Assembly: GCA_031266895.1 (NCBI GenBank)
Contig: JAISAD010000162.1
Span: 1-42,748 of the forward strand
From: Bacteroidales bacterium
GTDB lineage: Bacteria > Bacteroidota > Bacteroidia > Bacteroidales > WCHB1-69
Reading direction: 5' to 3'
Length of the DNA stretch: 42,748 bases
Shown: positions 1 through 8,419 of the stretch, in pieces
Layout of the letters: every line of letters starts with the position of its first letter
Position numbering within the stretch: position 1 is the first letter of the stretch
The notes under the pieces: model-generated
What the model saw: the letters and a program-made list of their open reading frames with translations, nothing else
Database searches by the model: none
Told to the model about the DNA's origin: nothing
Made by a program: the position numbers and the translations under genes

Positions 1-165
1 TAAATCAACTGCTGAAAAGTCGGCAGTGCCGCTACGCAGCAAAATAGCAATTAACTCCGAGTCGGAGAGTGCTTGAAAACCCTTGTCCAAATACTTTTCA
101 CGAGGACGGTCTGTAGCAGCCCATTCTGTAATGGGGAACTTAGGGGTTATTGGTTTCGATTTCAT
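1..165 (-). CDS. radC: RadC-family (UPF0758 / JAB-domain) protein, N-terminal 55 codons; the gene continues past the window start
   Basis: The reverse complement of 1-165 translates, from the ATG at 165, as [55 protein letters not shown]. The RPRE+...LSD.ELLAILLR.G signature is typical of RadC N-termini. This ORF is absent from the ORF track because it is open at the window edge. Confidence 0.75.
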   Translation of the reverse strand, partial: MKSKPITPKFPITEWAATDRPREKYLDKGFQALSDSELIAILLRSGTADFSAVDL

Positions 166-168
166 TTT

Positions 169-1104
169 TTAAGCTGTTTTTTGTCGTTTTAAAAGATAGG
201 GCAACAGGATTTGATTAAACCCCATTTCTATGTCTGCAGGAATAATATCTATCTGATATTGAGCGCACTTTAGCGCCAAATCTTGAAAAAAATCACCAAC
301 GGCTTTGCGATAATGTTCTCGAATTTGATTGGCATGCAGTTTCACCTCCGTGTCCGATTCCATATCTATAAAGCGGTAAAAACGGTTGTCGAAGTCAAAA
401 TCGCGTTCCATTTTTTGATGGTAGGTGTGAAACAGTATTACCTCGTGCTTATTATGGCGAAGGTGTTGCAATGCCAGCATCATCTCATCCCGATTGGCGT
501 AGCTCTCAAACATATCGCTGAAAATCACCACCAGCGATCGCCGATGAATCTCTTCGGCGATGCGATGCAGCGTGTCGGCAACTCGCGTTTTTCGATGTAT
601 TTCCGTGCCTATGGGTTGTATGATACGCTCTAATTCTCTGTAAATCATCTTGCAATGCATATCTCCGCCACGCGCTGAAGTGTGTAACTCAAGCGTATCC
701 GAAAAGAGCGACAAGCCTATGGCATCCCGTTGCTGCTTAAAAATCTGCATCAGTGCCGATGCCGCATAGACCGAAAACAAAATTTTGTTCGGATTTTTCA
801 TTGTATAGCGCTCCTGTACGGGAAAATACATAGAGGACGAGTTATCTATGATGAGATGACATCGCAGATTAGTCTCTTCCTCGTATCGTTTCACAAATAA
901 TTTATCTGTTTTGGCGTAAAGTTTCCAGTCAATATGCTTGGTCGGCTCACCAGTGTTATATTGACGATGCTCGGCAAACTCCACGGAAAAACCATGCATG
1001 GGACTTTTATGAATTCCGGTAATAAAACCTTCAACTACCTGTCTGGCAACCAATTCAAGATTGTCATACTGCGTCAGTTGAGTTAAATCGATAGTGTAAG
1101 GCAT
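169..1104 (-). CDS. DUF58 domain protein (vWA-like; usually part of MoxR/Bat-type clusters)
   Basis: 311-aa ORF. The motif GIHKSPMHGFSVEFAEHRQYNTGEPTKHIDWKLYAKTDKLFVKRYEEE matches the conserved DUF58 core (G.S.EF...R.Y..GD....IDWK..A+.....+.F.EE). Confidence 0.8.
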   Translation of the reverse strand: MPYTIDLTQLTQYDNLELVARQVVEGFITGIHKSPMHGFSVEFAEHRQYNTGEPTKHIDWKLYAKTDKLFVKRYEEETNLRCHLIIDNSSSMYFPVQERYTMKNPNKILFSVYAASALMQIFKQQRDAIGLSLFSDTLELHTSARGGDMHCKMIYRELERIIQPIGTEIHRKTRVADTLHRIAEEIHRRSLVVIFSDMFESYANRDEMMLALQHLRHNKHEVILFHTYHQKMERDFDFDNRFYRFIDMESDTEVKLHANQIREHYRKAVGDFFQDLALKCAQYQIDIIPADIEMGFNQILLPYLLKRQKTA

Positions 1105-1131
1105 TCGGATAAAAATTTGTGTTTATCTGAC

Positions 1132-2454
<1,323 letters not shown>

Positions 2455-2474
2455 TTATTTTCAATAATGAGATG

Positions 2475-2482
2475 CAAAGATA
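2475..2482 (-). promoter_or_regulatory. Bacteroidota-type -7 promoter box (TAtcTTTG on the minus strand) upstream of eno
   Basis: The plus strand reads caaagata, whose reverse complement is TATCTTTG. It lies 54 nt upstream of the eno ATG and matches the TAnnTTTG consensus known for Bacteroides sigma-A promoters. Confidence 0.55.
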
Positions 2483-2547
2483 CTAAAATTAATTGAGAGT
2501 TGAGAATGAAATTTGGATTTTGTAAAAAAAATGTATTTTATTCGATT

Positions 2548-3444
2548 TTAATTTGCTCCGATGGAAAATCTGAAAAAATCAGAGGTTATCAGTTGATTAT
2601 TGTCATTGTCAAAAATGCCGACTTTGAATTTTAAATCCTGTCGCGCATCTGTTGGGCAATGTAATTCGCTGTAAGGCATAAATATCATAAAATCACTATA
2701 TTTGCTATTGATATAGGTAGGTGTAAAATTTTTAGAAGCAGCTACTTGGCCGTCAGAAGCACTATAATTGCTGTTAACATCCATCAATTTATTGCCATTG
2801 GCAAAATAGAACCATACGGTACAGTTCCCTTGTTGGTTTAACATATTTTTTGCCATAAAATTAATATGTATTCTCATGCCGTACACATTATTTTCGACAG
2901 CATTATGTTCTTGCCACACTTTAATAATAGATGCTTTTGCGGAAGAGCCTGTTTCCGGTTTTGCTGATGTAATGGTGGTCTCTATTGCTGTTGCTGCAGG
3001 CGGTTCAACCTGCGTTAGCTGCTGGTTACATAACGAAATCCAGCTATTGGCTTCGAAACAATTATTATCAGAGGCTAATAAAAAATACATTTTTGCCTTT
3101 TCAAAATTTTTGCCGTCAAATTCTACTTTTCCCTTGTTCATTAATGTGTTGCATAATAAGACTTCTGAATTTGAAAAAGTGGTATCAGTTTGGGTTATGA
3201 TTGCCAGTTCCCTTAAAGAAGCCGTATTCATTTTATCATAACACGCCTGTATCCATTCTCTAAAAACGGCGGTGTTACATTTATTATTTTCGTTCATTCC
3301 TTGACTGAAAAGTCGCATTGCCTCTATGTAATTACGTGAATCATAAGCTGCTATTCCGTCTTTAAGCAATTTCTCGCAAAACTCTTGCGCCAAAATAGAG
3401 TGGCTGATAAAAGCAATTGCAATAAATAATGATAGTTTTTTCAT
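2548..3444 (-). CDS. Secreted hypothetical protein (signal peptide, helical/TPR-like N-terminal half, beta-rich C-terminal half)
   Basis: 298-aa ORF. The N-terminus MKKLSLFIAIAFISHSILAQ looks like a signal peptide. I recognise no family motif. It has its own -7 box upstream. Confidence 0.6.
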   Translation of the reverse strand: MKKLSLFIAIAFISHSILAQEFCEKLLKDGIAAYDSRNYIEAMRLFSQGMNENNKCNTAVFREWIQACYDKMNTASLRELAIITQTDTTFSNSEVLLCNTLMNKGKVEFDGKNFEKAKMYFLLASDNNCFEANSWISLCNQQLTQVEPPAATAIETTITSAKPETGSSAKASIIKVWQEHNAVENNVYGMRIHINFMAKNMLNQQGNCTVWFYFANGNKLMDVNSNYSASDGQVAASKNFTPTYINSKYSDFMIFMPYSELHCPTDARQDLKFKVGIFDNDNNQLITSDFFRFSIGAN

Positions 3445-3500
3445 TTTTGTTCTTTTTCAATTTATATATACATGATTATGTTCATGTTGCTTGCGAAATG

Positions 3501-3508
3501 CAAAGATA
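3501..3508 (-). promoter_or_regulatory. -7 promoter box (TAtcTTTG, minus strand) for the 2548-3444 gene
   Basis: The plus strand reads caaagata, 57 nt upstream of the ATG at 3444. It is divergent from the ffh promoter. Confidence 0.5.
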
Positions 3509-3544
3509 AAAAAAAAATGTGGATTACAGTATAGGTAAAAGGTG

Positions 3545-3552
3545 TATTTTTG
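3545..3552 (+). promoter_or_regulatory. -7 promoter box (TAttTTTG) for ffh
   Basis: tatttttg lies 47 nt upstream of the ATG at 3599. It sits inside the GTG-extended ORF of the track, which argues for the shorter ffh start. Confidence 0.55.
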
Positions 3553-3598
3553 CAAAACAAAAATTGAGGGGCATGTTCCCAAAACAAAACTTACCTGT

Positions 3599-4930
3599 AT
3601 GTTTGATAATTTAACCGATAAATTAGAAAGAGCGTTTAAAATTCTAAAGGGGCAAGGCTATATTACTGAAATCAATATAGCCGAAACGATGAAAGAGGTG
3701 CGAAAAGCACTGCTGGATGCCGATGTAAGCTATAAAATTGCTAAGGATTTTACCGATGAAATAAAGCGTAAGGCTTTGGGAATGAACGTATTGAAAGCGG
3801 TTTCTCCTGGGCAGTTAATGGTAAAAATCACCTATGACGAGTTGGTGAAATTAATGGGAACAGAGACTTCGGATGTTAACATTAAATCTAACCCTTCCGT
3901 TATTTTAATGGCTGGCTTGCAGGGCTCCGGCAAAACTACTCATGCTGCCAAGCTGGCTAACCTGCTTAAATCCAAGCGAGGCAAAAAGCCGTTGCTGGTG
4001 GCTGGAGACGTGTATAGGCCAGCCGCTATTGAACAATTGAAAATCTTGGGTGAGCAGATTGGAGTTCAGGTATTTACAATTGAGGATTCCAAAAAGCCGG
4101 TGGATATTGCCAAACAGGCAGTAAAGCACGCTAAGGAATGGGGCTTCGATGTGGTAATTGTTGATACGGCCGGCCGACTGGCTGTGGACGAAGAGATGAT
4201 GACCGAAATTGGCAATATCAAATCGGCAATCAGTCCGCACGAGATTCTTTTTGTGGTAGATGCCATGACTGGTCAGGATGCTGTAAATACGGCCAAGGCT
4301 TTCAATGACAGGCTCAATTTTGATGGCGTGATTTTAACTAAAATGGACGGCGATACGCGTGGCGGGGCAGCCCTTACCATTCGATCGGTAGTGAATAAAC
4401 CAATCAAGTTTATTGGCTTGGGTGAAAAAATGGAAGCACTTGATGTGTTTCATCCCGACCGTTTGGCCGAGCGCATTTTAGGCATGGGCGACATTCGATC
4501 ATTTGTCGAAAAAGCCCAAATGCAATTCGACGAAGAAGAGGCGGCCAAACTGCAACGAAAGCTGGCTAAAAATCAGTTTGATTTCAATGACTTCCTGACG
4601 CAGATACAGCAGATTAAAAAAATGGGTAATATCAAGGATTTGATGGGCATGGTGCCGGGCATGAACAAGGTTGTCAAGGATATGGATATTGACGACAACT
4701 CCTTTAAAGGAGTAGAAGCTATTATATGTTCGATGACGCGACAGGAGCGAGAAAATCCGGATATTCTTAATGGCAGCCGCAAAAAACGAATTGCATTCGG
4801 TTCAGGATGCGATATTCAGGAGGTCAATAAACTGGTAAAACAGTTTGACGATACGCGAAAAATGATGAAAATGGTAAATAGCGGTAAAGCTAAATCGCTA
4901 ATGTCTTCCATGCAGGCCAAAAGACGGTAA
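3599..4930 (+). CDS. ffh: Signal recognition particle protein Ffh
   Basis: The canonical Ffh N-terminus MFDNLTDKLERAFKILKG starts at the ATG at 3599; the track ORF begins at an upstream GTG at 3542. It has the GTPase motifs GLQGSGKTT, DTAGR and TKMDGD and a Met-rich M domain (KKMGNIKDLMGMVPGM). Confidence 0.95.
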   Translation: MFDNLTDKLERAFKILKGQGYITEINIAETMKEVRKALLDADVSYKIAKDFTDEIKRKALGMNVLKAVSPGQLMVKITYDELVKLMGTETSDVNIKSNPSVILMAGLQGSGKTTHAAKLANLLKSKRGKKPLLVAGDVYRPAAIEQLKILGEQIGVQVFTIEDSKKPVDIAKQAVKHAKEWGFDVVIVDTAGRLAVDEEMMTEIGNIKSAISPHEILFVVDAMTGQDAVNTAKAFNDRLNFDGVILTKMDGDTRGGAALTIRSVVNKPIKFIGLGEKMEALDVFHPDRLAERILGMGDIRSFVEKAQMQFDEEEAAKLQRKLAKNQFDFNDFLTQIQQIKKMGNIKDLMGMVPGMNKVVKDMDIDDNSFKGVEAIICSMTRQERENPDILNGSRKKRIAFGSGCDIQEVNKLVKQFDDTRKMMKMVNSGKAKSLMSSMQAKRR

Positions 4931-4971
4931 AAATTAAGAATCAGCCATTAATTATTAACCATTAATTAGAG

Positions 4972-5850
4972 ATGCAAATTATTGACGGCAAGGCAATTGC
5001 CTTAGAAATTAAGATGGAGTTGGCGCAAGAGGTAAAACAACTCCTGGAACATGGCCAGGCAGTTCCTCATTTGGCTGCTGTAATAGTGGGCAGCGATGGC
5101 GCTTCGCTCACTTACATGGAGAGCATTAAGCGAAATTGTAAGGAGGTAGGCTATATCGCATCCGTTTACCAGTTTCCCGCAAATGTACAGGAAGCGGAAT
5201 TGCTGGCAGCACTTGATTTTTTGAATCAGGATGACGAAATAGACGGCTATATTATTCAATTGCCGCTGCCAAAGCATATTTCACTCGAAAAAGTGGTAGA
5301 GCATGTTGATTACAACAAAGATATGGATTGTTTTCATCCATTTAATACAGGTAAGCTGATGTTGGGACAGGATGCCTTTTTCCCAGCTACGCCCTACGGT
5401 ACAATTGAGCTGATAAAACGTGCCGGCATTGAGATTGCCGGAAAACATTGTGTGATGGTGGGACGGAGCAATATTGTGGGGAAGCCGCTGGCAATGCTAC
5501 TGGCGCGCAATCATCCCGATGCTAATGCTACCGTAACCGTTTGCCACAGCAAAACTGCAAATTTGCAGGAAATTTGCAGGCAGGCAGATATTTTGCTGGT
5601 AGCCATTGGGAAACCGGAAATGATTACCGCCGACTATGTAAAACAGGGCGCCACAGTCATTGACATTGGCATTCACCGCATTGAAGATCCGGACAGCGAA
5701 AAGGGTTACCGAATATGTGGAGATGTGAAATATGACGAGGTAGCTAAAAAATGCGCGGCTATAACCCCCGTACCTGGCGGTGTGGGGCCAATGACAATGA
5801 GCTGCCTGCTGCTTAATGTTATGAAAGCCTGTAAATCTACTCGAAATTAA
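4972..5850 (+). CDS. folD: Bifunctional 5,10-methylene-tetrahydrofolate dehydrogenase / methenyl-THF cyclohydrolase
   Basis: 292 aa. The motifs MQIIDGKAIA, YIIQLPLP, GRSNIVGKP and TPVPGGVGPMT are FolD signatures. Confidence 0.93.
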   Translation: MQIIDGKAIALEIKMELAQEVKQLLEHGQAVPHLAAVIVGSDGASLTYMESIKRNCKEVGYIASVYQFPANVQEAELLAALDFLNQDDEIDGYIIQLPLPKHISLEKVVEHVDYNKDMDCFHPFNTGKLMLGQDAFFPATPYGTIELIKRAGIEIAGKHCVMVGRSNIVGKPLAMLLARNHPDANATVTVCHSKTANLQEICRQADILLVAIGKPEMITADYVKQGATVIDIGIHRIEDPDSEKGYRICGDVKYDEVAKKCAAITPVPGGVGPMTMSCLLLNVMKACKSTRN

Positions 5851-5956
5851 GATTTGAAAATAGAGCATTTAGAGCAGGAAGGGGATAGCTATTTTGTTAT
5901 AAACTAACAAGTTAATAAAGTCAGATGTTTCCCGTTCATATTTCATAATTTTTTTG

Positions 5957-5964
5957 TACCTTTG
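5957..5964 (+). promoter_or_regulatory. -7 promoter box (TAccTTTG) for rpsP
   Basis: tacctttg lies 40 nt upstream of the rpsP ATG. Confidence 0.55.
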
Positions 5965-6003
5965 CGCCCTCAAAAAAATAACCAAAAAATTAAATTTTAA
6001 AGT

Positions 6004-6576
6004 ATGGCAACAAGAATCAGATTACAAAGACGTGGTAAAAAAAATCAGCCTTTTTACCACATTGTAATTGCGGATGGTCGTGCACCCCGTGATGGACGCT
6101 TTATTGAACAGATTGGCACTTACAATCCTTTAACCAATCCCGCCGATGTAAAAATAAACTTCGACAGGGCTTTATATTGGGTTGAAACCGGCGCTTCTCC
6201 GTCAGATACTGCTCGTTCGATTCTCAGACGTGAAGGCGTCTATTTTATGAAACACCTCAAGGGCGGCATTGCGAAGGGCGCTATTACGCAATTGGATGCA
6301 GAACGCAAATTCGAAGACTGGAAACAGGAAAAAGAATCTAAGCTCGGCACCCAAAAACGCGAATTATTGGAAAAAGAGCGTACCATTTTGAAAAAGCGTT
6401 TGGAAGCGGAAACCAGGACAAAAGAGGCTATCTCGGCCAAAGTGGCGGCTAAATATGCCGTGCAAGCCAAAGCCGAAGCGGAAACTGCTGCTGAAGCAGA
6501 AGCAACCGCAACGGAAGCCTCTGTTGAAGAAATTCCCGCAGAAGCCCCTGAAGTTATCGAACCCGCCGCTGAGTAA
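6004..6576 (+). CDS. rpsP: 30S ribosomal protein S16 with a long Ala/Glu/Lys-rich C-terminal extension
   Basis: The N-terminus MATRIRLQRRGKKNQPFYHIVIADGRAPRDGRFIEQIGTYNP is canonical S16. Roughly residues 90-190 form a low-complexity charged tail (AEAETAAEAEATATEA...). Confidence 0.93.
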   Translation: MATRIRLQRRGKKNQPFYHIVIADGRAPRDGRFIEQIGTYNPLTNPADVKINFDRALYWVETGASPSDTARSILRREGVYFMKHLKGGIAKGAITQLDAERKFEDWKQEKESKLGTQKRELLEKERTILKKRLEAETRTKEAISAKVAAKYAVQAKAEAETAAEAEATATEASVEEIPAEAPEVIEPAAE

Positions 6577-6610
6577 GCTCATTTTGCTTTTTGCAGAGAG
6601 AGAATCGTTA

Positions 6611-6650
6611 AAAAGGCTGTCATCACTTTTGAGGCAGCCTTTTTATTTTT
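6611..6650 (+). terminator. Intrinsic-terminator-like hairpin after rpsP
   Basis: aaaaggctgtc (6611-6621) pairs with gaggcagcctttt (6631-6643). The core is GGCTG/CAGCC plus flanking A-T pairs, followed by ttttattttt. Confidence 0.55.
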
Positions 6651-6693
6651 GCTGTTTAGCAGTTTTCCTGTTCCATAATTCAAAAATTGTATG

Positions 6694-6701
6694 TATTTTT
6701 G
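6694..6701 (+). promoter_or_regulatory. Orphan TAttTTTG -7-like box with no ORF downstream for about 400 nt
   Basis: tatttttg at 6694-6701. Downstream, to about 7100, the sequence is AT-rich and has stops in all plus-strand frames. Confidence 0.3.
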
Positions 6702-6990
6702 CCTCGCAATTCAACCTATTGTATAACCAAAATTAATAAATGAGATAGAAAGCGTATCAAATTTAACCTCTTTAATAAGAGCTTTTAGTTTTTATTCCTA
6801 TACTAAATACTGGCACTATTTAGGAGTAACATATAGTTTATTTATTACGAAGTAAAGCATAAAGGTTCACGTGAAAGCGTGAATTTTGCTTATGTGATAA
6901 AAGATTGCCAGTATCTTAGTATAGTAAGTTGAAAGCACGCTTTTATCGTAAAGTCGTAAAGTAGTCAATAACTGGCTTTTCCAAAATCTG

Positions 6991-7024
6991 ATTACCGACA
7001 AAAAATACCCGTTTACCGACAAAA
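6991..7024. promoter_or_regulatory. Two exact 13-bp direct repeats (TTACCGACAAAAA) spaced 21 bp start to start, about 35-70 bp upstream of the 7059 promoter box. This is a candidate transcription-factor site.
   Basis: ttaccgacaaaaa occurs at 6991-7003 and again at 7012-7024. The 21-bp phasing is about two helical turns. Confidence 0.35.
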
Positions 7025-7058
7025 ACGCCCACCTTATCAATTTGATATTATTTTTTCT

Positions 7059-7066
7059 TATTTTTG
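7059..7066 (+). promoter_or_regulatory. -7 promoter box (TAttTTTG) for the small membrane-protein genes
   Basis: tatttttg lies 42 nt upstream of the ATG at 7108. Confidence 0.5.
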
Positions 7067-7107
7067 CATCGTTAATAAACATAAGTTTTTTTTAAATCAT
7101 AATTTGT

Positions 7108-7167
7108 ATGAAACGTAACATTTTATTTATTGCTATAGCGATTGGCATAGTAACAATTATTATATGA
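7108..7167 (+). CDS. Possible 19-aa hydrophobic micro-ORF (MKRNILFIAIAIGIVTIII). Its stop overlaps the next start (ATGA).
   Basis: ATG at 7108, TGA at 7165-7167, overlapping the ATG at 7164 of the next ORF. It could be a real leader or TM peptide, or the frameshifted N-terminus of the 7164 gene. Confidence 0.2.
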   Translation: MKRNILFIAIAIGIVTIII

Positions 7168-7532
7168 TTATACTTTTTTTAATTTCATTGCTTTACATTG
7201 GGCTTTTTATTTTTGGATACTTGATTTCACTGCGTTATAGACAAAAAACGGTGAATGTGGAAAAACTTAAAGTCAACCTAAATTATATGAGTGTAGCCTT
7301 TATATCCATGCTTGCTACTACTGCTTTTTTAGGCGCTGTAGATACTAATTTGGATCTTATTAATTTATGGATAAGGAGTATCTTTAGTGACTTTAGGGGT
7401 TTTTCTTCTAAGGACATAGTATGCTTTGCTTTTGTTTTGCTATTAATTCTTCCTATGTCAACACTGTTTTTTATAATTGGCAGGAAAAAGAGAGAATCTA
7501 AAAAAACAGGCATTCATAATGAAAATGTATGA
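7164..7532 (+). CDS. Small integral membrane protein, unknown function
   Basis: 122 aa with three or four hydrophobic segments and a basic tail (GRKKRESKKTG). The gene is very AT-rich. Its last ~45 codons recur as a degraded copy at 8276-8415. Confidence 0.5.
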   Translation: MIILFLISLLYIGLFIFGYLISLRYRQKTVNVEKLKVNLNYMSVAFISMLATTAFLGAVDTNLDLINLWIRSIFSDFRGFSSKDIVCFAFVLLLILPMSTLFFIIGRKKRESKKTGIHNENV

Positions 7533-7652
7533 CAGTTTGTTACTTGCAAGTTGTGCAGGAACAGCAGTTTTCATTTGCCATTAACACCTATAAAACAATG
7601 ATAAATAGTTGTTAAAAGCTGGATTCATGTATTTTTTAATTAAGTGTGAAAG

Positions 7653-8246
7653 ATGAAAATTCGTGCCTTTATTATATTACTGTTATTTTCTTTCAGCAGT
7701 TGTACTTTTATTCGCTTTATAACAACCGTAAAGGATCCACAGAATGAAAATCAAAATGATAATCAGCAATATGTACTATCTTTAGGCTTTGACACCACTT
7801 TTTCCTATCAATTATGTAAAAGTGGTATAGACAGTCTCAGTCAAGAAAAATATGTTCTGAGCTTATATAAATATGACGATAAATACAGCGCTTCTGTTCT
7901 GCAGCTCAGAATGTATGACCATGCTGGCAATTTTATTCAGGGATGGGAACAGTGTTTTTGGGATTTACATAAATTGGGCGTTTTAGATTCATTCCCCTTA
8001 AAAAGAATTAGTCACCTGCAAATTAATTATAATCTTAAACTGCAACAGGATATATCTTTATTGAATATTAGCAATCAATCCCTGTTAGATACCGCTATTG
8101 CATACAACGACTACGTTTTAATAGTCTATTATGCCCGATGGACGGGATGGTTTTGCAAAGATCTTTTGAAAGCTGCAAAAAAATACGTAGCCAAACACCA
8201 GAAAGAGCAAAATATTCTCTTGATATTGGTTAATACTTCCCCTTAA
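7653..8246 (+). CDS. Putative lipoprotein, unknown function
   Basis: 197 aa. The N-terminus MKIRAFIILLLFSFSSCTF has a lipobox-like Cys. The gene is AT-rich. The C-terminal LIVYYARWTGWFCKDL...ILLILVNTS vaguely recalls a thioredoxin-like fold, but no CxxC is present. Confidence 0.5.
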   Translation: MKIRAFIILLLFSFSSCTFIRFITTVKDPQNENQNDNQQYVLSLGFDTTFSYQLCKSGIDSLSQEKYVLSLYKYDDKYSASVLQLRMYDHAGNFIQGWEQCFWDLHKLGVLDSFPLKRISHLQINYNLKLQQDISLLNISNQSLLDTAIAYNDYVLIVYYARWTGWFCKDLLKAAKKYVAKHQKEQNILLILVNTSP

Positions 8247-8275
8247 ACTTTACTGTTATGGATGATATACTTCCT

Positions 8276-8415
8276 TTAATTCATGGATAAGGAGTGTTTT
8301 TAGTGACTTTAAGGAATTTTCTTCTAAGGATAGTATCTATTCTTTTTGTTTATAGATTACTCCTATGTCAGCGTTATTTTATTTAAACCGCTGGAAAAAG
8401 AGGGAACAAAACAGG
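8276..8415 (+). pseudogene. Degraded copy of the 3' end of the 7164-7532 membrane-protein gene
   Basis: About 140 bp align to 7360-7510, for example ATGGATAAGGAGT.T.TTTAGTGACTTTA.GG..TTTTCTTCTAAGGA. The translation is WIRSVFSDFKEFSSKD versus WIRSIFSDFRGFSSKD in the intact gene. A 1-nt deletion and an early TAG then break the frame. Confidence 0.7.
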
Positions 8416-8419
8416 AACT

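Noticed and set aside
169-1104. Whether DUF58 marks a MoxR/BatA-type aerotolerance operon in the window.
   Set aside because: The flanking genes are eno and radC. No MoxR ATPase or vWA Bat genes are present here, so no operon-level claim is justified.
3542-3598. GTG-initiated 19-codon extension of ffh. Similar upstream extensions occur for pepC (24607-24654), rfbB (40566-40586), the radical SAM gene (39603-39614), the scaffold (31064-31084) and the small Feo-associated protein (37813-37881).
   Set aside because: In each case an internal ATG gives the family-typical N-terminus or a clean signal peptide. The extension overlaps a promoter box or the preceding gene.
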